Below, one piece after another: positions 7,670 through 16,456 of a stretch of 25,511 bases of DNA. The DNA lies in assembly GCA_031372065.1 (NCBI GenBank), contig JANMKN010000068.1, positions 1-25,511 on the forward strand, read 5' to 3'. The DNA is from Abditibacteriaceae bacterium. Its GTDB lineage: Bacteria > Armatimonadota > Abditibacteriia > Abditibacteriales > Abditibacteriaceae. Within the stretch, counting starts at the first letter, position 1, and each line of letters opens with the position of its first letter. Under the pieces are notes generated by a model. It made no database searches. It had not been told where the DNA came from and was given only the letters and a program-made list of their open reading frames with translations. Position numbers and translations under genes: made by a program.

Positions 7670-10600
7670 ATGCGTCTGCATCGGTTTTGGCTGTTCTTTT
7701 TGCTTTTGGGATTGAGTTTTGGAACGACGGCTCACGCTGCGTCATTAGTCGTGACTACCACCAGTGATGCGACATCTGATGGTATTTGCGATTTATTAGG
7801 CACAGGTGATGGCTGCACACTCCGTGAGGCTGCTGATACTGCCAATGCTGCCATAGGTTTTGATTTCATTTCCTTTAATGCAGCAGTCTTCAGTAGTGCA
7901 AAAACCATCACACTACTCAGTGCTCTGCCAGTATTCACGGAGAATATCTATGTTACTGGACCCAGTAGTGCCTTGCTCACAGTGAAGCAATCCAATACGT
8001 CCGACACTATTTTCTCGGTGAATGGCGGAGTGTCACTGTCTGTTAGCGGTTTAACCATAAGCAATGGCGGCTATGGTATCAACAATACAGGCACAACCAA
8101 TGTGAGCAATTGTATCTTCAGTGGCAACTCGGCTTACGGTATCTATAATAACGGGGGCACAACGTCAGTCAATAACTGCACGCTAAATGCCAACCAATAC
8201 GGCATATATAACTTTCAAGGCACGGTCAGCATCAGCAACTGCACGCTAAATTCAAACCAATACGGCGTCTTCAACAACGGGGGATTTAACACAACAGGAA
8301 GAACCACTATCTCTCAATCCACCTTTCTGAACAACACGACTTACGGCGTCTATAACGACGCTGGTCAAACCTCCGTTACAAATTGCACATTAGTTGGCAA
8401 TGGCACCAGTATTTACAATAATATTGGTGATAGTTCTGTCAGCGTTATAAATTGCACTATCATCCGCAACGGAACGGGCGTCAGCAATAACAGCCCCACA
8501 GGACTCAGTGGAGGCACTATTACGTTTACCCTTACCAACAGCATTGTGGTGAGCAACACAACTAATCTTGCCGGTGCGAAACCCATCACCGATGGGGGCT
8601 TTAATATCACAACGGGCACGGCAGCGCAGGCCGGTCTTGACCCCGGTGGATTGAAGAACAATGGTGGCTCCACCAAAACTATCGCTCTTTTGGTAGGTAG
8701 TCCGGCTATTGATCAGGGCGGCAGTGGAACATTCAACGACCAGCGCGGTGTGCGGCGTCCGATTGAATACAATACCATCCCCAACGCGACAGGCGGGAAT
8801 GGTAGCGATATTGGCGCCTTTGAATACAGCACTTTTGGCACGGATTCCTTGGTCGTCACGACGACGGTGGAAGAAAATGATGGCACCAGCGACCCCTTCA
8901 TTGGCGCGGGCACCAGCCTGCGCGAAGCCATTATTTATGCTAACAACAAGGCGGGCGCCGATACCATCACGTTCGATCCAGCAGTTTTTGCCACCGCGCA
9001 AACCATCACACTCGGCGGTAGCCTTCCAAGCATCAATAACGATTTGACAATCGCAGGCACTGGTGCAGCTTTGCTCACTCTTCAGGGTGGTGACAGCGCC
9101 TTATCTGTAAATTTTGGTGTGAAAGCCACGATTATCAAACTGACGATCAGCAACAGTAATGTTGGCATCAACATCAATGGCACGGCCAATATCAACAATT
9201 GCATTCTCAATAGCAATGGAGACGGCATCAATAACAATGGCACTGCCAACGTTACGAACTGCACGTTTAGTGGCAATACGGCCAACGGCATCAACAACGC
9301 AGGCATTGTGACGGTGAACAGAAGCAGCATCAATAGCAGTGCCACCAACGGCATCAACAACACGAGCAGGGCCATAGTCATCAGTTCCACTATCAGCGGT
9401 AACGGCTACGGTATCCGTAATGACAGCGTAGCCACTGTCACCAACACCACCTTGGCTAACAACTCAACTGGCATTCTCAATAACACCTCTGGCACTGCCA
9501 CAGTCACCAACTGCACAATCAGTAGCAATGGCACAGGTATCAACAACTCTAAAACACTTTCACTGAGCAACACCATTTCGGCGGGCAACGCTGTTAACCT
9601 CAACAATCAAGGGGTTCTCAACGATGATGGCTTCAACATTACCACAGGCACAGCAGCACAAGCGGGCCTTGACCCGGTTGGATTGCAAGATAACGGTGGT
9701 CCCACCCAAACCATTGCTCTTTTGGCAGGTAGTCCGGCCATTGACGCCGGCACTAATAATCTCACCGTTGACCAACGCGGACGATTGCGACCCATTGATG
9801 GCGACAAAAATGGTAGCGCAGTAACTGACATCGGTGCTTACGAATACAACAGTTTTGGAGGAGAATCGCTTGTCGTAACGACAAAAACGGATGAAAACAA
9901 CGGCACCAGCGACCCTGCCATTGGAAGCGGCACCAGCCTGCGCGAAGCCATCGTTTATGCCAACTCGTTGCAAGGTGCTAATACAATTACTTTCAATGGA
10001 ACTGTTTTTGGTAGTGCAAAGAAAATCGCGCTTGTTAGTGGCCTGCCCTTTCTCCGAGGCGATGTGACCATCACTGGCCCTGGTGCCGCATTGCTCACAA
10101 TTGAAGGAGCCGCCAGCTTCGACATTTTCACTGTGAATAGCGGTGTGCAAGCGAATTTCAGCGGCTTAAAAATCAGCAACGGCAACAATGGCATAAACAA
10201 CGCGTTTGGAACAGCCAATATCACTAATTGCACTTTCAGTGGCAATGTCAACGGTATTACAAATCCGGGCACAGCGAATGTCACCAACTGCACGTTTAAC
10301 GGCAATAACAATGGCCTTAGTAACAATGGCACCACCGTTATTACGGATTGCACCTTTAGTGGCAATACCAGTGGCCTTTATAACCCATTTGGAACATCAA
10401 CTTTGAAGAGCAGCACATTCAGTGGCAACCAGAACGGCATTTACAATGATGGCATGGCCAACTTCACCAATGTCACTTTGAGTGGCAACACTGTGAATGG
10501 TATCCGCAACAACAACGGTTCAGTCACCTTTATCAATTGCACCATTAGCGGCAATGAAACCGGCGTCAGCAATTCTAAAACGCTGACTTTGAAGAACAGC

Positions 10601-11881
10601 ATTCTGGCTGGTAACACGACCAATACAAACGGCTCCTTCACCAACGGAGGTTCCAACCTCATCGGCGGCACGGCGGCACAAGCGGGCCTTGACCCAAATG
10701 GCTTGCAAAACAACAGTGGCCCCACTCAAACTATTGCTCTTCTCTCCACCAGTCCCGCAATTGATGCTGCCAATGATGCCATTGCGCCCGCTACTGACCA
10801 GCGCGGTCTGCCACGTCCTCAAGGCCCCCGTGCTGATATTGGATCTTATGAAGCGCTCGCATTAATCATCAACAACAAGACCCTTACTGAAGGTAATACG
10901 GGCACCACCAACGCCATCTTTACCGTGACGCTTTCTTTAGCCAGCAGCCAAACGGTGACAGTCGATTACTCTACGACTAACGGCGTCACTAAACCGGCCA
11001 CTGCTGACGCTGACTATGCCACAACGACGGGCACTCTTGCCTTTGCGCCGGGCCAAACCAGCAAGACTATCACTGTGCCCATTCTCGGCGATATCTTAGA
11101 CGAAGACAACGAAACCTTTTTTGTCAATCTAAGCAATGCCACGGGCGCAGGTATCAGCGTGAATCAGGGACTGGGCACCATTACCGACAATGACGCCAAT
11201 CCAAGCCTACGCATTGACGACATCACCATTACCGAAGGGACTGGCTCTATCAAGAGTGCGATCTTCACGGTGTCGCTCGCCCCAGTTAGCGGACGAACGG
11301 TAACGGTGAATTTGGCTACGGCTAACGGCACTGCTGTGCAACCGGGCGATTATGCATCCACCACCGGAATGCTCACTTTCGACGCGGGAGAAACATCGAA
11401 AACCATCACTATTTCTATCTTTGGTGACAACGTGGATGAGAACAACGAAACCTTCAGGGTTAATCTCTCCGGTGCCACCAACGCCACCATCGTTGACAGT
11501 CAAGGTCAAGCCACCATCACTGATGATGATCCCTTGCCCACACTGAGCATCGCGGATGCCAATCCTGTCAGCGAAGACGGCGCTGGTGCGCATAATGCGC
11601 TTTATGTCGTCACACTCAGTGGCCCTACCAACCGCACCGTCACAGTCAACTACGCCACCACAGGCGGCACAGCGACATCCGGAGTTGACTTTACCCCCGT
11701 CAGTGGCACGATGACCTTCAGTCCCGGACAAACCAAGAAGACCATCGTGGTTCCTGTTTTGGCGGATAATGTTGCGGAAGCGAATGAAACGATCCGCGTT
11801 AGTTTAAGCAGCCCCGTCTTTGCCGCGATTAGCGATAGCGTGGGGCAGGGCACTATCACCGATAACGATTCGTCTGGCTAA
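7670..11881 (+). CDS. Secreted/surface protein: signal peptide + 3 x (CSLREA - right-handed beta-helix - choice-of-anchor-Q-like) modules + 3 Calx-beta domains
   Basis: SD AAGGAG before ATG; signal peptide ending AHA. CTLREA/TSLREAI x3; NCTFSGN..GI.N repeats; GL..NGG.T.TIALL..SPAID...DQRG..R....DIGA(F/Y)E x3; Calx-beta motifs (GTL.F.PG.T.KTI.V...D...E.NETF.V.LS, G.GTITD.D) x3. Confidence 0.9.
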   Translation: MRLHRFWLFFLLLGLSFGTTAHAASLVVTTTSDATSDGICDLLGTGDGCTLREAADTANAAIGFDFISFNAAVFSSAKTITLLSALPVFTENIYVTGPSSALLTVKQSNTSDTIFSVNGGVSLSVSGLTISNGGYGINNTGTTNVSNCIFSGNSAYGIYNNGGTTSVNNCTLNANQYGIYNFQGTVSISNCTLNSNQYGVFNNGGFNTTGRTTISQSTFLNNTTYGVYNDAGQTSVTNCTLVGNGTSIYNNIGDSSVSVINCTIIRNGTGVSNNSPTGLSGGTITFTLTNSIVVSNTTNLAGAKPITDGGFNITTGTAAQAGLDPGGLKNNGGSTKTIALLVGSPAIDQGGSGTFNDQRGVRRPIEYNTIPNATGGNGSDIGAFEYSTFGTDSLVVTTTVEENDGTSDPFIGAGTSLREAIIYANNKAGADTITFDPAVFATAQTITLGGSLPSINNDLTIAGTGAALLTLQGGDSALSVNFGVKATIIKLTISNSNVGININGTANINNCILNSNGDGINNNGTANVTNCTFSGNTANGINNAGIVTVNRSSINSSATNGINNTSRAIVISSTISGNGYGIRNDSVATVTNTTLANNSTGILNNTSGTATVTNCTISSNGTGINNSKTLSLSNTISAGNAVNLNNQGVLNDDGFNITTGTAAQAGLDPVGLQDNGGPTQTIALLAGSPAIDAGTNNLTVDQRGRLRPIDGDKNGSAVTDIGAYEYNSFGGESLVVTTKTDENNGTSDPAIGSGTSLREAIVYANSLQGANTITFNGTVFGSAKKIALVSGLPFLRGDVTITGPGAALLTIEGAASFDIFTVNSGVQANFSGLKISNGNNGINNAFGTANITNCTFSGNVNGITNPGTANVTNCTFNGNNNGLSNNGTTVITDCTFSGNTSGLYNPFGTSTLKSSTFSGNQNGIYNDGMANFTNVTLSGNTVNGIRNNNGSVTFINCTISGNETGVSNSKTLTLKNSILAGNTTNTNGSFTNGGSNLIGGTAAQAGLDPNGLQNNSGPTQTIALLSTSPAIDAANDAIAPATDQRGLPRPQGPRADIGSYEALALIINNKTLTEGNTGTTNAIFTVTLSLASSQTVTVDYSTTNGVTKPATADADYATTTGTLAFAPGQTSKTITVPILGDILDEDNETFFVNLSNATGAGISVNQGLGTITDNDANPSLRIDDITITEGTGSIKSAIFTVSLAPVSGRTVTVNLATANGTAVQPGDYASTTGMLTFDAGETSKTITISIFGDNVDENNETFRVNLSGATNATIVDSQGQATITDDDPLPTLSIADANPVSEDGAGAHNALYVVTLSGPTNRTVTVNYATTGGTATSGVDFTPVSGTMTFSPGQTKKTIVVPVLADNVAEANETIRVSLSSPVFAAISDSVGQGTITDNDSSG

Positions 11882-11917
11882 GGTGCCATAGGTCAAAACT
11901 TCGTAAAGCAGACGTTC

Positions 11918-11957
11918 AACACAGGCCGGAAGCAATTTGCTTCCGGCCTGTGTTTTT
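11918..11957 (+). terminator. Intrinsic terminator
   Basis: 18-bp inverted repeat aacacaggccggaagcaa / ttgcttccggcctgtgtt followed by Ts, 36 nt after the stop codon. Confidence 0.88.
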
Positions 11958-11981
11958 GTGTGGTAGCGTGATAATCCTGTT

Positions 11982-12644
11982 ATGCAATCGGTTAAAATCC
12001 CTGTCGTGTCTTTATTGGATTTGCGCGATGTTTCGATTGCGGCTGGGGACAAAATGCTTTTGCGCGGCGTAAATTTAACCCTACAGCGCGGCGAAATTGT
12101 CGCGCTGTGTGGGGCATCGGGCCTTGGCAAAACCACGCTCTTGCGCGCGATTGTCGGCTTGGACGATGCGCCCGCCGGAAGCATTCTTCTCGAAGACAAA
12201 ACATCCGAAGCATGGACGTATCCCATTCTTCGCCGCCGCGTAATTTTGGTCGAACAGCGCCCGGTTGTTTTTGATTGCTCGGTTGAAGAAAACCTGCGGC
12301 ACCCGTTTCACTATCGCAGCGCCGATTTCGCTTTTCCCGATGAAGGCGCCCGCAAATTAACAGCGCGTTTGCTATTGCCCGATGACTGGCAGCAAAACGC
12401 GCGCACGCTTTCACAAGGCCAGCAGCAACGCTTGGGTTTAGCCCGTGCCCTGCTTTTGCAACCAAAGGTTTTGCTGCTTGATGAACCAACCAGCGCACTG
12501 GATAGCGAATCGGTGCAAATTGTCGAAACTTTGCTGCGCGAAAAAGCAAAAAATGGTCTGGCGATTTTAATAGTAACGCATGACCGCGCCCAAGCCGCGC
12601 GTTTTTGCCACCGCATTTGCGAAGTGGATGATTGGCGTATTTGA
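11982..12644 (+). CDS. ABC transporter ATP-binding protein (short, FetA/YbbL-like)
   Basis: Walker A GASGLGKT, Q-loop, signature LSQGQQQR, Walker B LLLDEPTSALD, H-loop VTHD. Confidence 0.88.
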   Translation: MQSVKIPVVSLLDLRDVSIAAGDKMLLRGVNLTLQRGEIVALCGASGLGKTTLLRAIVGLDDAPAGSILLEDKTSEAWTYPILRRRVILVEQRPVVFDCSVEENLRHPFHYRSADFAFPDEGARKLTARLLLPDDWQQNARTLSQGQQQRLGLARALLLQPKVLLLDEPTSALDSESVQIVETLLREKAKNGLAILIVTHDRAQAARFCHRICEVDDWRI

Positions 12645-12645
12645 A

Positions 12646-13065
12646 ATGATCGAGATAACAGCAAATTTAGCGATAAGCGAAGACGAAATTCACGAAGAAT
12701 TTGTGCGCTCGTCGGGCGCGGGCGGGCAAAACGTTAACAAGGTTTCTACGGCGGTGCAATTGCGCTTTGACGCGATGCAGTCGCCGTCTTTGCCGATGGA
12801 TGTCCGCGAACGCTTACGCAAATTAGCGGGCCGGAGATTAACCAAAGAAGGCATTTTAATCATCAAGGCGCAGTCGCACCGCACACAAGAGCGCAATCGG
12901 CAAGAAGCCTTGCAACGTCTCATCGAATTACTGCGCCTCGCCGCCGAAAAACCCAAAGTGCGCCTCGCCACCAAACCCACCCGCGCCTCGCAGCAACGCC
13001 GCTTAACCGCCAAACGACAGCACAGCGCGAAGAAAGCACAGCGCCGAATTGTGGCAGAGGATTAG
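12646..13065 (+). CDS. arfB: Alternative ribosome rescue peptidyl-tRNA hydrolase ArfB (YaeJ)
   Basis: FVRSSGAGGQNVNKVSTAVQLRF (GGQ motif), RTQERNR..AL.RL, and a basic C-terminal tail (TKPTRASQQRRL..KR..S.KK..R). ATG at 12646 lies 1 nt after the upstream stop. Confidence 0.95.
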   Translation: MIEITANLAISEDEIHEEFVRSSGAGGQNVNKVSTAVQLRFDAMQSPSLPMDVRERLRKLAGRRLTKEGILIIKAQSHRTQERNRQEALQRLIELLRLAAEKPKVRLATKPTRASQQRRLTAKRQHSAKKAQRRIVAED

Positions 13066-13102
13066 GGAGAAATAGTTATCCTATCCACTAAGGTTTTATC
13101 TC

Positions 13103-16100
13103 ATGTCCAAAGAAATCCAAAAATCGCCCGATGAAAATGCCGAATCTGCGCTTGCCAAAATTAGTTTGAGCGACAAGCAAAGTCGTGGTGGAAAAGTTTG
13201 GCGTGCTCTTCTTGCCGGTTTGCGCGAAGGTGCCGCTGATGAACTTAAAAAACTGCCCGGTGGCTCAATTGGCGCGGGAGTGCTGGAATCGTTACAGCAA
13301 TTGGCCGATGAGGAAGCAGGCGAGGAAGATTCAAGGACATTAGATGAAATTCTCAGCCATAGCCAAGAAAGCAGCGATGGCATTAAAGCGCTAAATGCGG
13401 TTATCAACTTAGTCTTTGCCGCTGTCGGTGAGCAGAACGAACTTTTAGAACAACTCACTCGACATCTCGAAAGCGAAGATTTACCTTCGGCGCCGGAACA
13501 GATTAGCGAATTTGCGACGCAGGCGGCATTAGCAGCGTATCGCAATCGGGTGGCGCGGGAATATCTTTATGCAGAATATCGCGGCATTGAGCCGTCTTCG
13601 GAAAAAGTGGCTTCGTTGCCGTTGGACGATGTTTATGTGGTTCCTCGTCTCAAGCCGGAGCATTCGCGGCGCGATGACCACGAACGCGAACAAGATTTAA
13701 TTTTGCGTTTGCACAATCCCGATTTCACCGCTGAAGAAAAGGCGCACTGCGAAATCGAATATCTGCGGATGGTCGGGAAAAGCTGGCATCCCGAAGGCGG
13801 CGAGGCGCTGGGCGAGACACTCGGCAAAGCGCGGCACGCAGTTATCAAAGGCACGCCGGGCGCCGGAAAAAGCACGCTGATTCGCTATGTGGCGCGCTTG
13901 TGCGTGGCAGATGGCGACTCTGTGCCCGACAAATTGCGCTGGGCGGCGCAGTTTACGCCGGTGGTGCTGTCGCTGGCCACGTTTGCCGATGCGCGCACCG
14001 AAACGGGAAAACAGAATCTCACTTTGCGCGAGTTTCTGGGTGAAAAAGCCAATGACTGGGGCGGCGCGGCGTTGGAAGCGGCGCTGGAAGCAGAATTATC
14101 GGCGGGGTGCGTTTACATCATGCTCGATGGCGTGGATGAAATTCCCGAAGATGATCGGGCGCTGGTGGTGCGCAAAGTGGATGCTTTTCTGATTGGTCAC
14201 GAAAACAATCGCACGCTGGTGACTTCGCGGCCCTATGACTATGTGCGACTGGCGGGCGATTTGGCGCACTTCGATTTGCCCAACTTCTCGCCGGAACAGG
14301 TCAAGGAATTTGTTTTCAAGTGGCAACGCGCCTTTGAGCAGTTTTTGAAGCCGGGCGCCGTCAATTTCGCGAAAGCCGACAAGGAAGCGCAGGATACGTT
14401 GGACGAAATCAACTCGAATGCCAAAGTGTCCGACCTTGCCACCAATCCGCTGTTGTTGGTGGTCATTTCGCTGATTCGCCACAGCAACATTAAACTGCCC
14501 GACAAGCGTGTGGAGCTTTATCAGGCGGCTGTTAAAACGCTGATGGGGTCGTGGAACAAGTTTCGCGCGCTCTCAGCGCGACAAACGGGCGCCGAACTGC
14601 CGATTAGTCGCCTGATTACAGCGTGGGGCGACGTGGCGCATTGGATTCGCAGCGAGCAATCCATCGTGGTGAAGCGGGCCGTGCTGGAGCGCAAATTAAG
14701 CGAGGTGCTGACCAAAAGGCAATTCGACGACAACGGCGACCCGCACGCCACCGCCGCGAGTTATTTGGATGCCGCCGCCAATCGCTCTGGTTTGCTGGAA
14801 GAACGCGGCCCCGGCTATTTTGCGTTCTGGCATCCGACCTTTGAAGAGTTTTTGGCGGCCAAAGATGTGGCGACGCCCTCGCACAAAGCCGCCGAACGTT
14901 TGCAACCGCATCTCGACGACCCGCGCTGGCGCGAAGTGATTTTGTTAGCTGTCGGCGTCATCGGCGTGCTGAACGGCGACGAAGACAGCGCCGGTGAATT
15001 GGTCGAATTCATCGCCTTTGGGAATGCGGACGATAAAGACAAAAACGACCCGTTGGAACCGTTGCTGCATCGCCATTTACGACTTGCCGCCGCTTGTGTC
15101 GCCGATAACGCCGGTGTGCCGCGTCGCACCGCTGAAAAAATCATCGTCAAACTGGCGCAAGTTGTCCAAGAATTCCCCTATGAACCGCTAACCGATGCTT
15201 TTGTCAAAACCGTGCGTGCTGTTCCCAATTTGCGCCCGTTGTCCGAAACGATAAAAGTATTAACCCCGTTGGCAAAACATGAAAATTGGCAAGTTCGCAT
15301 GGAAGCCACGCGCCTTTTCAGCAATGTCGCTGCGGATAATGCCGAAGCGCGACAACTCTGTGAGGACTTGCTGAAAGATATTGAAGATGTGCGCTGCTAT
15401 GCCGCCTTAGGTTTGGCGCGGTGCGACGATATGCGCAAGGAAGTCTGGAAGGCACTTAGTATTTTTTTCCATTATAAATTTGATGAAATTGCGGCGCGCG
15501 AATTCTTAGCGCGTGCGCAGCCATCAGCCGCAAATCTTGTGTTGCCGTGGCTGACGGACGATAATGCCATAATGCGTTATCAAGCCGCCCTATTATTGCA
15601 CGGGATGGGTAGAGCGGATGAGCGGGTGGCAGAGGTATTGATACCGTTGCTGAACAGCGAAGACGCCGAATTGAAATATGGTGCCGCGCAATTGTTGGAA
15701 GCGATGGGCAGGACGGATGATGCCGCTGAGGATATGCCAAGTTCGGTGTTACGTTATCCAGATCGAGTCGGCGCTGCCCAAGATTTGTTGAACAGGATGA
15801 AGATTACAAGTGCTTATTTAGTGGGTAGGAGGGAAGCGCCTGATTCTTGGGGGCCTGACAGTTCGTGGACTCGCACGCAGTATTCTGATGCTGTGTGTTT
15901 GCTACATGAGATGGGGAAAGCGGATGAGCAGGCAGTGGACACGCTTTTTTCTTATCTTTCGAATGAGGATGCCAAAACTCGCCATGATGCCGCACGATTG
16001 CTGCACGAAATGGGCGTAGAAGATGAACGGGTGATGGAGGCGCTGTTATCGTTACTGAAGAGCGAGGATGCCGCTTGGCGCTGCATCGCCGCAGAATCCT

Positions 16101-16456
16101 TGCACGAAATGGGTAAAGGGGATAGCCAAGTGGTAGAAGCGCTACTTTCGTTGGTAGCGGGCAAACCTACCATTTTTCGCCATCCAGCCAAGCATTTGTT
16201 ACAGATTATGGGTAAAACCGATGAGTCCATAGTGAAATTCTTTCTTCACCTCACTGAAGTGGATACAGAAAAGACTTCGCTCGTTTGCTGCAAAGTTTTA
16301 GAAAAGCAATCGCTTACGGCTGATGATGTCAAAACTTTGCGTGATTTGGTAAGACAACAGAAAAACGATACTTCCGAGCAAAAAGAGGCGCGCCGGTGGC
16401 TGTTTGAGTGGCTTTTTGAGGCTTTGGAGCCAAAAAGTGCGCTTGCGGAAGAGTGA
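13103..16456 (+). CDS. NACHT-family STAND NTPase with C-terminal HEAT-like repeats (bacterial NLR-like protein)
   Basis: LDDVYV pre-NACHT motif, Walker A GTPGAGKST, Walker B IMLDGVDE, VTSR, NPLLL, FWHPTFEEFLAA, WREVILL. Repeats of the form D...R..AA.LL..MG..D..V.E.L..LL. Confidence 0.9.
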   Translation: MSKEIQKSPDENAESALAKISLSDKQSRGGKVWRALLAGLREGAADELKKLPGGSIGAGVLESLQQLADEEAGEEDSRTLDEILSHSQESSDGIKALNAVINLVFAAVGEQNELLEQLTRHLESEDLPSAPEQISEFATQAALAAYRNRVAREYLYAEYRGIEPSSEKVASLPLDDVYVVPRLKPEHSRRDDHEREQDLILRLHNPDFTAEEKAHCEIEYLRMVGKSWHPEGGEALGETLGKARHAVIKGTPGAGKSTLIRYVARLCVADGDSVPDKLRWAAQFTPVVLSLATFADARTETGKQNLTLREFLGEKANDWGGAALEAALEAELSAGCVYIMLDGVDEIPEDDRALVVRKVDAFLIGHENNRTLVTSRPYDYVRLAGDLAHFDLPNFSPEQVKEFVFKWQRAFEQFLKPGAVNFAKADKEAQDTLDEINSNAKVSDLATNPLLLVVISLIRHSNIKLPDKRVELYQAAVKTLMGSWNKFRALSARQTGAELPISRLITAWGDVAHWIRSEQSIVVKRAVLERKLSEVLTKRQFDDNGDPHATAASYLDAAANRSGLLEERGPGYFAFWHPTFEEFLAAKDVATPSHKAAERLQPHLDDPRWREVILLAVGVIGVLNGDEDSAGELVEFIAFGNADDKDKNDPLEPLLHRHLRLAAACVADNAGVPRRTAEKIIVKLAQVVQEFPYEPLTDAFVKTVRAVPNLRPLSETIKVLTPLAKHENWQVRMEATRLFSNVAADNAEARQLCEDLLKDIEDVRCYAALGLARCDDMRKEVWKALSIFFHYKFDEIAAREFLARAQPSAANLVLPWLTDDNAIMRYQAALLLHGMGRADERVAEVLIPLLNSEDAELKYGAAQLLEAMGRTDDAAEDMPSSVLRYPDRVGAAQDLLNRMKITSAYLVGRREAPDSWGPDSSWTRTQYSDAVCLLHEMGKADEQAVDTLFSYLSNEDAKTRHDAARLLHEMGVEDERVMEALLSLLKSEDAAWRCIAAESLHEMGKGDSQVVEALLSLVAGKPTIFRHPAKHLLQIMGKTDESIVKFFLHLTEVDTEKTSLVCCKVLEKQSLTADDVKTLRDLVRQQKNDTSEQKEARRWLFEWLFEALEPKSALAEE

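Noticed and set aside
7481..7735. 84-aa minus-strand ORF in the CSLREA leader
   Set aside because: Overlaps the CSLREA start antisense and has no recognisable motif.
8060..10620. Diversity-generating retroelement target (AAC/AAT-rich repeats)
   Set aside because: Asn richness is explained by beta-helix ladders. No reverse transcriptase and no template/variable repeat pair differing only at adenines was seen.
2723..16456. A single defence island or prophage spanning the RM and NACHT genes
   Set aside because: They are separated by more than 7 kb of unrelated genes, with no integrase, tRNA, att repeats or phage genes. Independent acquisitions are more likely.
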